Part shown: piece after piece, positions 50,440 to 60,043 of the stretch
How positions within the stretch are numbered: position 1 is the first letter of the stretch
Layout of the letters: every line of letters starts with the position of its first letter
Assembly (NCBI GenBank): GCA_032027205.1
Contig: JAVSMN010000001.1
Coordinates: 1,439,300 to 1,503,299, forward strand
Origin: Burkholderiaceae bacterium
Lineage (GTDB): Bacteria > Pseudomonadota > Gammaproteobacteria > Burkholderiales > Burkholderiaceae_E
Reading direction: 5' to 3'
DNA: 64,000 nucleotides
The notes under the pieces: generated by a model
Told to the model about the DNA's origin: nothing
Database searches by the model: none
Seen by the model: only the letters and a program-made list of their open reading frames with translations
Made by a program: the position numbers and the translations under genes

Positions 50440-50922
50440 CTATGAGATTTTCCGAATGGAGACCACCGCCGACTCAATTTTCAGGGTATCTCGGTCGAAC
50501 CACGTGGCCTGACCGTCCATAGCGAGTCGATCTGGGCTGACAATGAGCTGGATAAGGCCGTTGCCTGTTGTATTTCCTTTCTCTCCAACCTTTTCGTACG
50601 AACCGAATACGAGGTTGTGCTTGATTCGTAAGTCGTAGAGAAACCTCCGCTTCTCAGACTTCGTCTCCCCTTCTCCGGACACGCTGCTTCCAAGATGACG
50701 AAGCCGTAGACATTCGAGCTCCTCTCGAAGTGACTTCGGGTCTATAGGATCAGGTTCCTTGAACGTGTACTCCCACGTCCCGGTTAGATCGAAACGATCC
50801 GGATTGACGAAGTGAAAAAGCCAGCCGAGCAAGTTGCCCGAGACTCTTGCGAATGGCGGTGACATGTAGTTTGCGACGAGGCTCGCTACGACCCCCAGGG
50901 CAAAACCGGTCAGTATCTCCAT
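50440..50922 (-). CDS. Cassette 2 ORF: small N-terminally membrane-anchored protein, no recognisable domain
   Basis: Trimmed to MEILTGFALGVVASLVANYMS.. 160 aa. The ORF-track N-terminal extension would run into the attC. Low GC. Confidence 0.6.
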   Translation of the reverse strand: MEILTGFALGVVASLVANYMSPPFARVSGNLLGWLFHFVNPDRFDLTGTWEYTFKEPDPIDPKSLREELECLRLRHLGSSVSGEGETKSEKRRFLYDLRIKHNLVFGSYEKVGEKGNTTGNGLIQLIVSPDRLAMDGQATWFDRDTLKIESAVVSIRKIS

Positions 50923-50943
50923 AAGCTTCCCATTGGTGTTACG

Positions 50944-51021
50944 CCCTAACGTTTGACATGAGCGGCAGTTGGAGGCAAGCAAAGCTTGCCGGAAGCTGTC
51001 CGCTCGATGGAGGGGTTAGAG
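50944..51021 (-). other. attC recombination site (78 bp, 'house' family)
   Basis: CCCTAACgtttgacatgagcggc...gtccgctcgatggagggGTTAGAG. Confidence 0.75.
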
Positions 51022-51036
51022 CGCGTTGATCTGAAC

Positions 51037-51948
51037 TCACGCATTCATCGGCCCCCAAGAGTGCAGGCCGCGGACCGAGAGAACTGGTTGGAGCGGAGGA
51101 GCTTCGCTTTCTCCAAGCTTTTGCCAATGATTCTGGACAGCGACGGGGTCGAGCGCACCGAGTGTGAATGCATTCGTGATAACGAAACCTGTCTGCTCAT
51201 CGCGTAGACCGCTGAGCTGCTCTATCGGCACATGACCATAGTACCTCTGGCGTGTGACGTGAAGCGAAACAGTTAGAGCGACAGGAATGAGCATCCCGTA
51301 ACTGTTATCGATCTTGGTGACGATATCGGGAATAAGCGGAACCTGCTCGTGGACGCCGGGATCGGATGGGTACGTGCCTTCGTTCCATCGCTGGGTAGCG
51401 ATGTCGTAGATGACACCGAGGGGTTGCCCATCCTCAGAGAAAACGGGTAGCTCAAAAAACCGCTGCGGGAGACTAAACGGTACAGGTGCGGAACAAGAAA
51501 TCTCGAAACCGATACGGGTGGCTCGAAAGTCGCACACGACTGGCAACGCTAGTCGGACCTGCCATTTGTGAGAGCCTGTGTCCGCAGGACTGTAGAGATC
51601 AATATGCAGCTTTTTAGCGCGCTTCTTGGCAGACTTTGTGAAGCCAGAGGGGCAAACAAGAGCGCCCTTGTGAGCGCCAATGTCTTGGACAAGGCCATGA
51701 AACTCTTCGACACCTTTCACATCAACGGGTGACCCATAGTCTTTGCAATCGAGTGCAACTCGCATCGGATACTGACCGATGTTCTGCTCAACCAGAACAT
51801 CGATCTGACGGGTTGTCTCGCTCAGCAGACCGGGCACCTTCGCGTTGTGTGTGACTTTGGCGTGCGGTGCGAGTTGCTTCTGGATGGATGCGACTAACAG
51901 CTCAAGCTGTTGCCACTCAGGTTTCTGTGCGTTCACCGTTTTGCGCAA
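51037..51948 (-). CDS. Cassette 1 ORF: PD-(D/E)xK restriction-endonuclease-like (Mrr_cat-type) N-terminal domain fused to an unknown ~175-aa C-terminal domain
   Basis: 303 aa with a TTG start (alternative GTG at 51936). ..RQIDVLVEQNIGQYPMRVALDCKDYGSPVDVKGVEEFHGLVQDIGAHKGALVCPSGFTKSAKKRAKK.. fits the D..(D/E)xK core and layout of Mrr-type nucleases. A spot count gives 53% GC. Confidence 0.65.
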   Translation of the reverse strand: MRKTVNAQKPEWQQLELLVASIQKQLAPHAKVTHNAKVPGLLSETTRQIDVLVEQNIGQYPMRVALDCKDYGSPVDVKGVEEFHGLVQDIGAHKGALVCPSGFTKSAKKRAKKLHIDLYSPADTGSHKWQVRLALPVVCDFRATRIGFEISCSAPVPFSLPQRFFELPVFSEDGQPLGVIYDIATQRWNEGTYPSDPGVHEQVPLIPDIVTKIDNSYGMLIPVALTVSLHVTRQRYYGHVPIEQLSGLRDEQTGFVITNAFTLGALDPVAVQNHWQKLGESEAPPLQPVLSVRGLHSWGPMNA

Positions 51949-51975
51949 AGGGATACAAGCCGTTGTACGCCGCGG

Positions 51976-51994
51976 GTTAGCACGCGCTCTAACG
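51976..51994 (-). other. Putative attI / first-cassette junction
   Basis: On the plus strand this reads GTTAGCACGCGCTCTAAC|G. CTCTAAC sits where the other cassettes have their RYYYAA|C boundary. No integrase-binding repeats were identified. Confidence 0.3.
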
Positions 51995-52349
51995 TGTTTT
52001 GGAGCGATCCCGCACCGCGATTCCGTCCCCCCGCACGGCGATAACCTGTGTGGTCACGTGACCGCAAGTGCTTCTTGCCATTGACGAAAATCCCCGCGCT
52101 CACCACGAACGGCCGACGTAACCGGGCCTGCAAGCACCGCTGGACCGACGACGGTGCCCGGTCGCACCGATATAAACCGGCGCCGACGAAATAACCGTAC
52201 GCGTCCGCACGCGCCCGAACGACGCTCACGCTACGTCTTTCGCGAAGTGCCCCGCAGGCGACACGAATAACAACTTCGCAACGCCCGCTGGCGATTGCAC
52301 GACTCCACCCGTTCTTATTAGTCCGTTCGCACGATGGTCGCAATCCTTT

Positions 52350-52365
52350 CTGTATGAAGATACAG
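52350..52365. promoter_or_regulatory. LexA (SOS) box CTGT-N8-ACAG immediately upstream of intI
   Basis: Read directly as CTGTATGAAGATACAG, ending 6 nt before the ATG at 52371. Confidence 0.7.
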
Positions 52366-52370
52366 CGATC

Positions 52371-52801
52371 ATGCAACCGCCGTCCACTCATTCGATCGCC
52401 GTGAGCCGACCGACGGCCGGTCGCGAACATGGCGAGGCCCAACCTCCGCGTCTGATCTCGAGCTGCGTGAGCGCATTCGCTACCTTCATTACAGCCTTCG
52501 CACCGAGCAGGCATATATCTATTGGGTTCGCGCGTTCGTGCGCTACAGCGGCATGCGCCATCCTCGGGAACTCGGGCAGGGCGATGTCGAACGCTTTCTC
52601 TCGTTTCTCGCGAACGAGCGCCACGTCTCGGTCTCGACACACAAGCAGGCGTTGTGCGCGTTGCTCTTTCTCTACCGGGAAGTGCTGGGGCACTAACTGC
52701 CGTGGATGGAGAAACTCGGCCGCCCGAAGGCCCGCGCGCGGGTTCCAGCGCCCAGCCCGCTCGACGGTCTCCCGGTCGACGTGCCGATCCCTGCGGACTA
52801 A
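52371..52801 (+). pseudogene. intI: Integron integrase intI, inactivated (frameshift near codon 28, in-frame TAA at 52694-52696, 3' two-thirds deleted)
   Basis: The ATG frame gives [28 protein letters not shown]. The -1 frame from 52454 gives [101 protein letters not shown]. Homology is lost beyond about 52750. Confidence 0.8.
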
Positions 52802-52951
52802 TGCTCGATGCGCGAGCGTCCTGTCCGTTCGGCGGCTCGCCCGCGCTTCGAATCGCCCGGCGAGGATGCGCGAGAATCCTCCCGTGCGCGCCGGTCCCCG
52901 CGCGCAGGTTCCCTACGCAGTCCGCCCGCAACCTCCTCCCCGGAGTCCGAC

Positions 52952-53314
52952 ATGGGTTGGTTCTCGAAGAAGCAGGAAGACGACTTCTTCCTCGCTACCG
53001 TCGCGCCCGACGACGATGTCGCGCGCGTCGGGGAATACCTCGGCGTCGTGAACGGCGAGGCGATCATCGGTGCACACATCCTGCGCGATCTTTTCTCGTC
53101 GGTACGCGACATCGTCGGCGGCCGCGCGGGCGGCTACGAGCGGGCGCTGTCCGGCGCGCGCGACGCCGCGCTGGGCGACATGATCGCCGCGGCGCGCGAA
53201 CGCGGTGCCGACGGCGTCGTCGGCATCGATTTCGACTACGAGGTTCTCGGCGAGACCAACGGGATGATGATGGTGTCGGTCAGCGGGACGGCGGTGAAGA
53301 TGGCGAAGCGCTAA
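52952..53314 (+). CDS. YbjQ (UPF0145) family protein
   Basis: Trimmed to [12 protein letters not shown].. ..[41 protein letters not shown].. is characteristic of the family. Confidence 0.8.
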   Translation: MGWFSKKQEDDFFLATVAPDDDVARVGEYLGVVNGEAIIGAHILRDLFSSVRDIVGGRAGGYERALSGARDAALGDMIAAARERGADGVVGIDFDYEVLGETNGMMMVSVSGTAVKMAKR

Positions 53315-53342
53315 AGGCGCGCTGCGTGAGCCCGAGGTGCCC

Positions 53343-53960
53343 TCACGACGTAGCCCACAGCGGCCGGCCGATCGGAGCGCACAGCACGATGAATGCCGCG
53401 ACATTCACGACCACCGTTCCCCAGAAGACCGCGCGGAACTCCGCCTTCGCCGACTTGTGCCGAAGCATCTGCTGCGCGAGGAGCGCGCCGGGCCATCCAC
53501 CGGCGAGCGAGAGCGCGTGCAGCTTTCTCTCAGAGATGCGCCATCCACCGCTCCGGGCCAACGACTTGTCCATGGCGTAGGCGGCGAAGGTCACGACGCT
53601 GGCTACGAGGTAACCCCACGCAAGCCACGACGGAGGCCGCCACAACACGCCGACAGCGACGTACACGACGAGAAACGCCGGAATCGCGAACAGCGTCGCG
53701 CCACCGTATCGAACCGCCGAGTTCTCCGGTCCCCTGACTCGCAGCCGTGCCGGTCGCACCGGCTGCACTTTGCAGGCGCGCTTCTTTCCCTGCGGGCTGA
53801 GCTCCACTTCGAAGGAAACCCGCTGTCCGGGCGTCGGCCGTGCCGCGCCTCGAGCGAAGGCCTTCACGTGGACGAAGACCTCCTGCCCGCCCAGGGTCGG
53901 CTCGATGAAGCCGAAACCACGCTCGTCGTTCCAGGAGCGGATGACACCTTCGAATCGCAT
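53343..53960 (-). CDS. Cold-shock-domain plus DUF1294 membrane protein
   Basis: An N-terminal CSD (..WNDERGFGFIEP..GQEVFVHV..), followed by TM segments and ..YAMDKSLARSGGWRISE.. Confidence 0.8.
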   Translation of the reverse strand: MRFEGVIRSWNDERGFGFIEPTLGGQEVFVHVKAFARGAARPTPGQRVSFEVELSPQGKKRACKVQPVRPARLRVRGPENSAVRYGGATLFAIPAFLVVYVAVGVLWRPPSWLAWGYLVASVVTFAAYAMDKSLARSGGWRISERKLHALSLAGGWPGALLAQQMLRHKSAKAEFRAVFWGTVVVNVAAFIVLCAPIGRPLWATS

Positions 53961-54097
53961 GGGCGCAGGCTACGGTATCGGGAGACGCAATTGGGGCGCA
54001 GGCGGATGGCCGCGGGATGGCGTCCGACCGGCGCCTCGATGAATCCCGGCACGGGCCGCCCGATAATGCTCACCGCCTGCATCTGCCGCGCTCGCCC

Positions 54098-55465
54098 ATG
54101 TCTGCCCTCCCCGCTGCGCCCCTGCGAAACCGCGTCTACGAAGTCCTCACCGGCGACGACGTAGACCGCGTCTGTCTCGACATTCCCGAGGAGAGCTGCC
54201 GCGAGCAACCGCGCAACTTCCTGCTGCACGTGTCGGCACTGTCGGCCTCGAAGACCGCCGACGGCCTGCTCGACCCGAAGATCGTGCTCGCCTGGCTGGT
54301 CGGTGCGGTCGGCGCGCCGACGTTCATGCTCGGGTTGCTCGTGCCGATCCGCGAGGCAGGGGCGCTGCTGCCGCAACTGGTGATCGCGGCGGCGATCCGC
54401 TCGATGCCGATTCGCAAGTGGGTGTGGGCGATCGGCGCCACCGTGCAGGGCGTGTGCATGATCGGGATGGCGCTCGCTGCGCTGCTGCTCGACGGCGCTG
54501 CGGCGGGCTGGGCGATCCTCGCGCTGCTCGTGTCGCTGTCGCTCGCGCGCAGCGCCGGCTCGATCGCACATAAAGACGTGCTCGGCAAGACGATCCGCAA
54601 GGCGACGCGTGGCACCGTGGCCGGCACCGCGGGAACGCTGTCGGCGGTGCTCGTGCTCGTGTTCGGCGTGCTGCTCGGCACGGGCATCATCGAGCGCTCG
54701 ATCACGACGATCGCCGCGGCGCTCGTCGTCGGCGGCGTGCTGTGGATCGTCGCAGCACTGCTCTTCGCATCGCTTTCCGAGGAGCCCGGCGCCACCGAGG
54801 GCGGCGGCAACGCGCTCGCCGTCGCGATCCGGCAGTTCGGCCTGCTGCGCGAGGACCCGCAGCTCGTTCGCTTCATCGCGGTGCGTTGCCTGCTGATGGC
54901 GACGGCGCTCGCGCCGCCCTTCGTCGTCGCGCTGGGCGAGCGCGAGTCGGCCGATGCGGGTACGGGGACGCTCGGTCCCTTCGTGATCGCCGCTGCGCTG
55001 GCGGCCATCTCGAGCAGCTACGTCTGGGGGCGCATGTCCGACGTGTCGAGCCGGCGCGTGCTCGTCGTCGCCGCCGGCATGGGCGCGGCGTGCCTCGTCC
55101 TCGCGGCAGCGATCGGCACGGGGATGGGCGAACCCTTCGGCATGGACGCCAACTCGATGTTCGCGCTGCCCGCGCTCGTCTTCGTCGCGACCATCGCCGA
55201 CCAGGGCGTGAAGCTCGGTCGCACGACGCACGTCGTCGACATGGCGGGCACGACCGACCGGGGCGCGTACACGGCGCTGACGAACACGATCGGCGGCATC
55301 GCGATGCTCGGCGCCGGCGTCTTCGGTTTCGTCGACCAGCGCTTCGGCGCGTTGACGGTGCTCGTGCTGCTCGCGGCGATGTGCGTGATCGCGATGCGGC
55401 TCGCGGCAGGGCTCGAGGAGGTACAGCGAATCGCGCCGTCTGGAACCGCTGCGGTCGAGCGGTAG
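54098..55465 (+). CDS. MFS transporter
   Basis: Trimmed to MSALPAAPLRNR.. About 455 aa with roughly 12 hydrophobic segments. Confidence 0.75.
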   Translation: MSALPAAPLRNRVYEVLTGDDVDRVCLDIPEESCREQPRNFLLHVSALSASKTADGLLDPKIVLAWLVGAVGAPTFMLGLLVPIREAGALLPQLVIAAAIRSMPIRKWVWAIGATVQGVCMIGMALAALLLDGAAAGWAILALLVSLSLARSAGSIAHKDVLGKTIRKATRGTVAGTAGTLSAVLVLVFGVLLGTGIIERSITTIAAALVVGGVLWIVAALLFASLSEEPGATEGGGNALAVAIRQFGLLREDPQLVRFIAVRCLLMATALAPPFVVALGERESADAGTGTLGPFVIAAALAAISSSYVWGRMSDVSSRRVLVVAAGMGAACLVLAAAIGTGMGEPFGMDANSMFALPALVFVATIADQGVKLGRTTHVVDMAGTTDRGAYTALTNTIGGIAMLGAGVFGFVDQRFGALTVLVLLAAMCVIAMRLAAGLEEVQRIAPSGTAAVER

Positions 55466-55505
55466 CGGACACGCGGAGGGCACCGCGGCCCCGGCGTCGC
55501 GCGAC

Positions 55506-57149
<1,644 letters not shown>

Positions 57150-57152
57150 GCT

Positions 57153-57854
57153 TCAGCGGACGTTGATCACGCGCATGCCCTGCTGCCGGCCGTTCGGTGC
57201 GTCGAGCACGCGAATCGTCGTCTGCCGCGCGGTGAAGCCCTCGGGCAGCGGCAGGACACCCTGCAAATGCTCGTACGAGGCGAGGTTCACCTGGATCGGA
57301 TCGAGCGTGACGGTGGCGTTCGCGCCGCTCGAGCGCGCGCCGGAGACGACGAACTGAATCACGCCGCGAAACGGCTTGCCGGCCTTCGCCTCGCGCGTGA
57401 GCAGCACGTGGTAGGCGAGCTTGCCGTTGTCATTCGCGAAGCGCGCGGCGCGCACGTCGATCGCGCCGTCGCGCGGATCGGCCGGCAGGACGTCCTGGAA
57501 CAGCACGATGTCCTGCTGCAGCTTCTGCGCCTGCTCGCGCGCACCGCTGAGCTCTGACGACAGGCGCTTCGTTTCGGTCGCGCGCGCCTCGAGCTGTTTG
57601 GTGGCGTCGGCAAGCGACGACTGCAGCTTGTCGCGCTCGGCGGACAGTTCTTCGACGCGCGCCTGCAGGCGCTGCGATTCCTCGGGGCTGAGTCGCTGCG
57701 GCAGGTACTCCTGCTGCACGTACAGCAGTCCGCCGGCGCCGATTGCGATGCCCACGAGCAGCAGGACCAGCCATCGCGGAATGCCCCACGATCGCCGCTT
57801 GCGATACCCGTACGGTTCGAAGACAACCGGTCCGCCGCGTCGAAACAATGCCAT
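57153..57854 (-). CDS. Membrane-anchored coiled-coil protein of unknown function
   Basis: 233 aa with one TM helix (IPRWLVLLLVGIAIGAGGLLYV), a coiled-coil region and a beta-rich C-terminus. Confidence 0.55.
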   Translation of the reverse strand: MALFRRGGPVVFEPYGYRKRRSWGIPRWLVLLLVGIAIGAGGLLYVQQEYLPQRLSPEESQRLQARVEELSAERDKLQSSLADATKQLEARATETKRLSSELSGAREQAQKLQQDIVLFQDVLPADPRDGAIDVRAARFANDNGKLAYHVLLTREAKAGKPFRGVIQFVVSGARSSGANATVTLDPIQVNLASYEHLQGVLPLPEGFTARQTTIRVLDAPNGRQQGMRVINVR

Positions 57855-57989
57855 CGCGCGCTGATTCCTCCCCAGAAGGGGCGAAGAATAACGCGTGAAC
57901 GCACGACCGGTCCGGATGCCGGCAGGGGAATGGCAGCCTGCGTGCCGGGTTCGAAGCGGGCAGGCGCCGGAGCTGCGCCCCGTCTGCGC

Positions 57990-58442
57990 TCAGTTCGCGC
58001 GCTTGTCGGCCGCCTTGCGCGCCTGCACAAACACCGGGCCCCACAGCGGATGGCCGGCCTCGGCAGGCTTCAGCGCGAAGGCCGGGTCGATCGTGAGGAC
58101 ACGATCGAAAGTCTTGCGGCAGAGGGTGCGGCGGTTCGTCACGCAGTAGCTGAACGCGAGGTACTTGCCCGCCTCGACGCGCGTAGCGGCGTCGGACTGC
58201 TCGATCTCGGGCGCACTCAGCGCGCGAATCGCGCTTGTGAAGTCGCCGGCGTCGTAGCGATCGACACCCTCGGCGAGCCTCGCCCTGCCCGGCTCGGGCG
58301 CTTCGGAACTGCCCGAAACCGCCGAAGTGACCGAGTCGGCCCAGTCCTGCACCGTGGCGCAGCCGCCAACCAGCAGCGCGATCGCGAATGCAGTCGTCGC
58401 GGCGAGCAACGGGCGTTGTGTCCTGGCGGTTTCGTTCGTCAT
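57990..58442 (-). CDS. Lipoprotein of unknown function
   Basis: Trimmed to MTNETARTQRPLLAATTAFAIALLVGGC (lipobox). The start overlaps the kinase stop (ATGA). Confidence 0.6.
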   Translation of the reverse strand: MTNETARTQRPLLAATTAFAIALLVGGCATVQDWADSVTSAVSGSSEAPEPGRARLAEGVDRYDAGDFTSAIRALSAPEIEQSDAATRVEAGKYLAFSYCVTNRRTLCRKTFDRVLTIDPAFALKPAEAGHPLWGPVFVQARKAADKRAN

Positions 58443-60043
58443 GGGAAGCGATGCGTGACGGTGGTTCGCTGGCCCGCGACGACGTCGACATTCCTCGTCC
58501 ACGACGGGCCGGCGGGGTTGCGGATCTCGATGCGATGCACGCCGGCATCGAGCGTGAGTTGCTTCAACGGCGGCGTCACGCCGCGCGAGGCGCCGTCGAC
58601 GAACACCTCGCCCCACGGCCTCACCGCGAGTCGGACGGTTCCGCTGGAGGCGGCAGCAACAACGGGCGGGGCGGCGGCGCGCTCGCCGGCTAGATCGGGC
58701 GTGTCGACGACGAGCGAAATCGCGGACGTTTCGCCCTGCGGGATCGATGGCGTCTCGTCGGCGCGCTGGTCGACGCTCGTCGGCGCTTCGCCTTCGCGGG
58801 TCACAGCGGCGGCGGTCGTCGTTGCGTTCGCCACGTCGCGGGCGTTGCCCATCTCGGGCGCAGGCGAAACCGGGACCGCGGCGCGTGTCGCGACCTTCAG
58901 GGTCGCTGCAGGCGTTGCGTCTTCCCCACCGAAACCGAGCCAGACGAAAGCGGCGACGAGCGAAACGGCCACGGCGCCTGCGATCCAGGCGAGCGGAGCG
59001 CGTCCCTTGCGCAGATCCGCGCGAGACTCGGCGACGGCGGCCGGCGGAAGGACGTCGGGCGCCGGCACGGTCGACGCCGCCGCCTTCGGCGATGTCGCGC
59101 CGCGCGGCGACGACTCGACTGCCGCGATGCCGTCCTCGGGTGACGCGGCGAACAACAGCGAGCGGAATTCGCCGACCGTGCGCGGGCGTTGCTCGGGGCG
59201 GATCGACAATCCGCGATCGATCGCCTGCAGGAAGCGCCGCGAGTATCCGGGCGGAGCGAGCGCAGCCAGCGACGGCAGCGAATCGTGCATTACGCGCGAA
59301 GCCGATGCGGGCGGCATCCGTTTCGTGACGGCGTGGTGCAGCACCGCGGCCACCGCGTAGATGTCGGTCCACGGACCTTGTCGACACGCCGGGTCATCGG
59401 CGTACTGCTCGATCGGCGCGTAACCGGGCTTGAGCATGACGGTCAGCGCGCGGTCGCTCTCGCCGATCACGCGGCGGGCCGCACCCAGGTCGAGCAGCAG
59501 CGCCTTGCCGTCCGGGCGGATCAGGATGTTGTCGGCAGAGACGTCGCGGTGATAGCAGTCCTCGCCGTGCATGTGCTCGAGCGCATCGAGCACCGGCCGG
59601 ATCACCGACTTCAGCCACGCCTCGTCGATCACGTGCGGGCCGTTGGCGAGCACCTGATCGAGCGTGCGGCCCTCGTAGAACGGCATCACCATGTACGCGG
59701 TGCCGTTCTGCTCCCAGAAATGCAGCACTTCGAGCAGGCCCGGATGGCGGAACTGCGCGAGCAGCCGTGCCTCGGCGAGGAAGCTGCGGCGACCGAGATC
59801 GAAGGTCTTCGCGTAGCGGCTCGACACGACACCCACCGTGCCGTCGATGCGCGTGGCGAGTTGCGCCGGGATGTACTCCTTGATCGCGACGCGCCGCTGC
59901 AGCGTGAGGTCCTCGGCTTCGTAGACGATGCCGAAGCCGCCCTGGCCGACGACGCGCGTGATCAGGAAGTCGCCGAGGCGCAGCCCGGGTTGCAGCGTCA
60001 TCGAATCGCGCATCGCGACGGTTGTGTCGGCCGCAGCGCTCAT
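58439..60043 (-). CDS. Ser/Thr protein kinase with TM segment and C-terminal PEGA-like domain
   Basis: Trimmed to MSAAADTTVAM.. Shows GQGGFGIVY, AIKEY, HRDVSADNIL, DLGAAR. The C-terminus ..VRPWGEVFVDGASRGVTPP..AGVHRIEIRNP.. is PEGA-like. Confidence 0.85.
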   Translation of the reverse strand: MSAAADTTVAMRDSMTLQPGLRLGDFLITRVVGQGGFGIVYEAEDLTLQRRVAIKEYIPAQLATRIDGTVGVVSSRYAKTFDLGRRSFLAEARLLAQFRHPGLLEVLHFWEQNGTAYMVMPFYEGRTLDQVLANGPHVIDEAWLKSVIRPVLDALEHMHGEDCYHRDVSADNILIRPDGKALLLDLGAARRVIGESDRALTVMLKPGYAPIEQYADDPACRQGPWTDIYAVAAVLHHAVTKRMPPASASRVMHDSLPSLAALAPPGYSRRFLQAIDRGLSIRPEQRPRTVGEFRSLLFAASPEDGIAAVESSPRGATSPKAAASTVPAPDVLPPAAVAESRADLRKGRAPLAWIAGAVAVSLVAAFVWLGFGGEDATPAATLKVATRAAVPVSPAPEMGNARDVANATTTAAAVTREGEAPTSVDQRADETPSIPQGETSAISLVVDTPDLAGERAAAPPVVAAASSGTVRLAVRPWGEVFVDGASRGVTPPLKQLTLDAGVHRIEIRNPAGPSWTRNVDVVAGQRTTVTHRFP

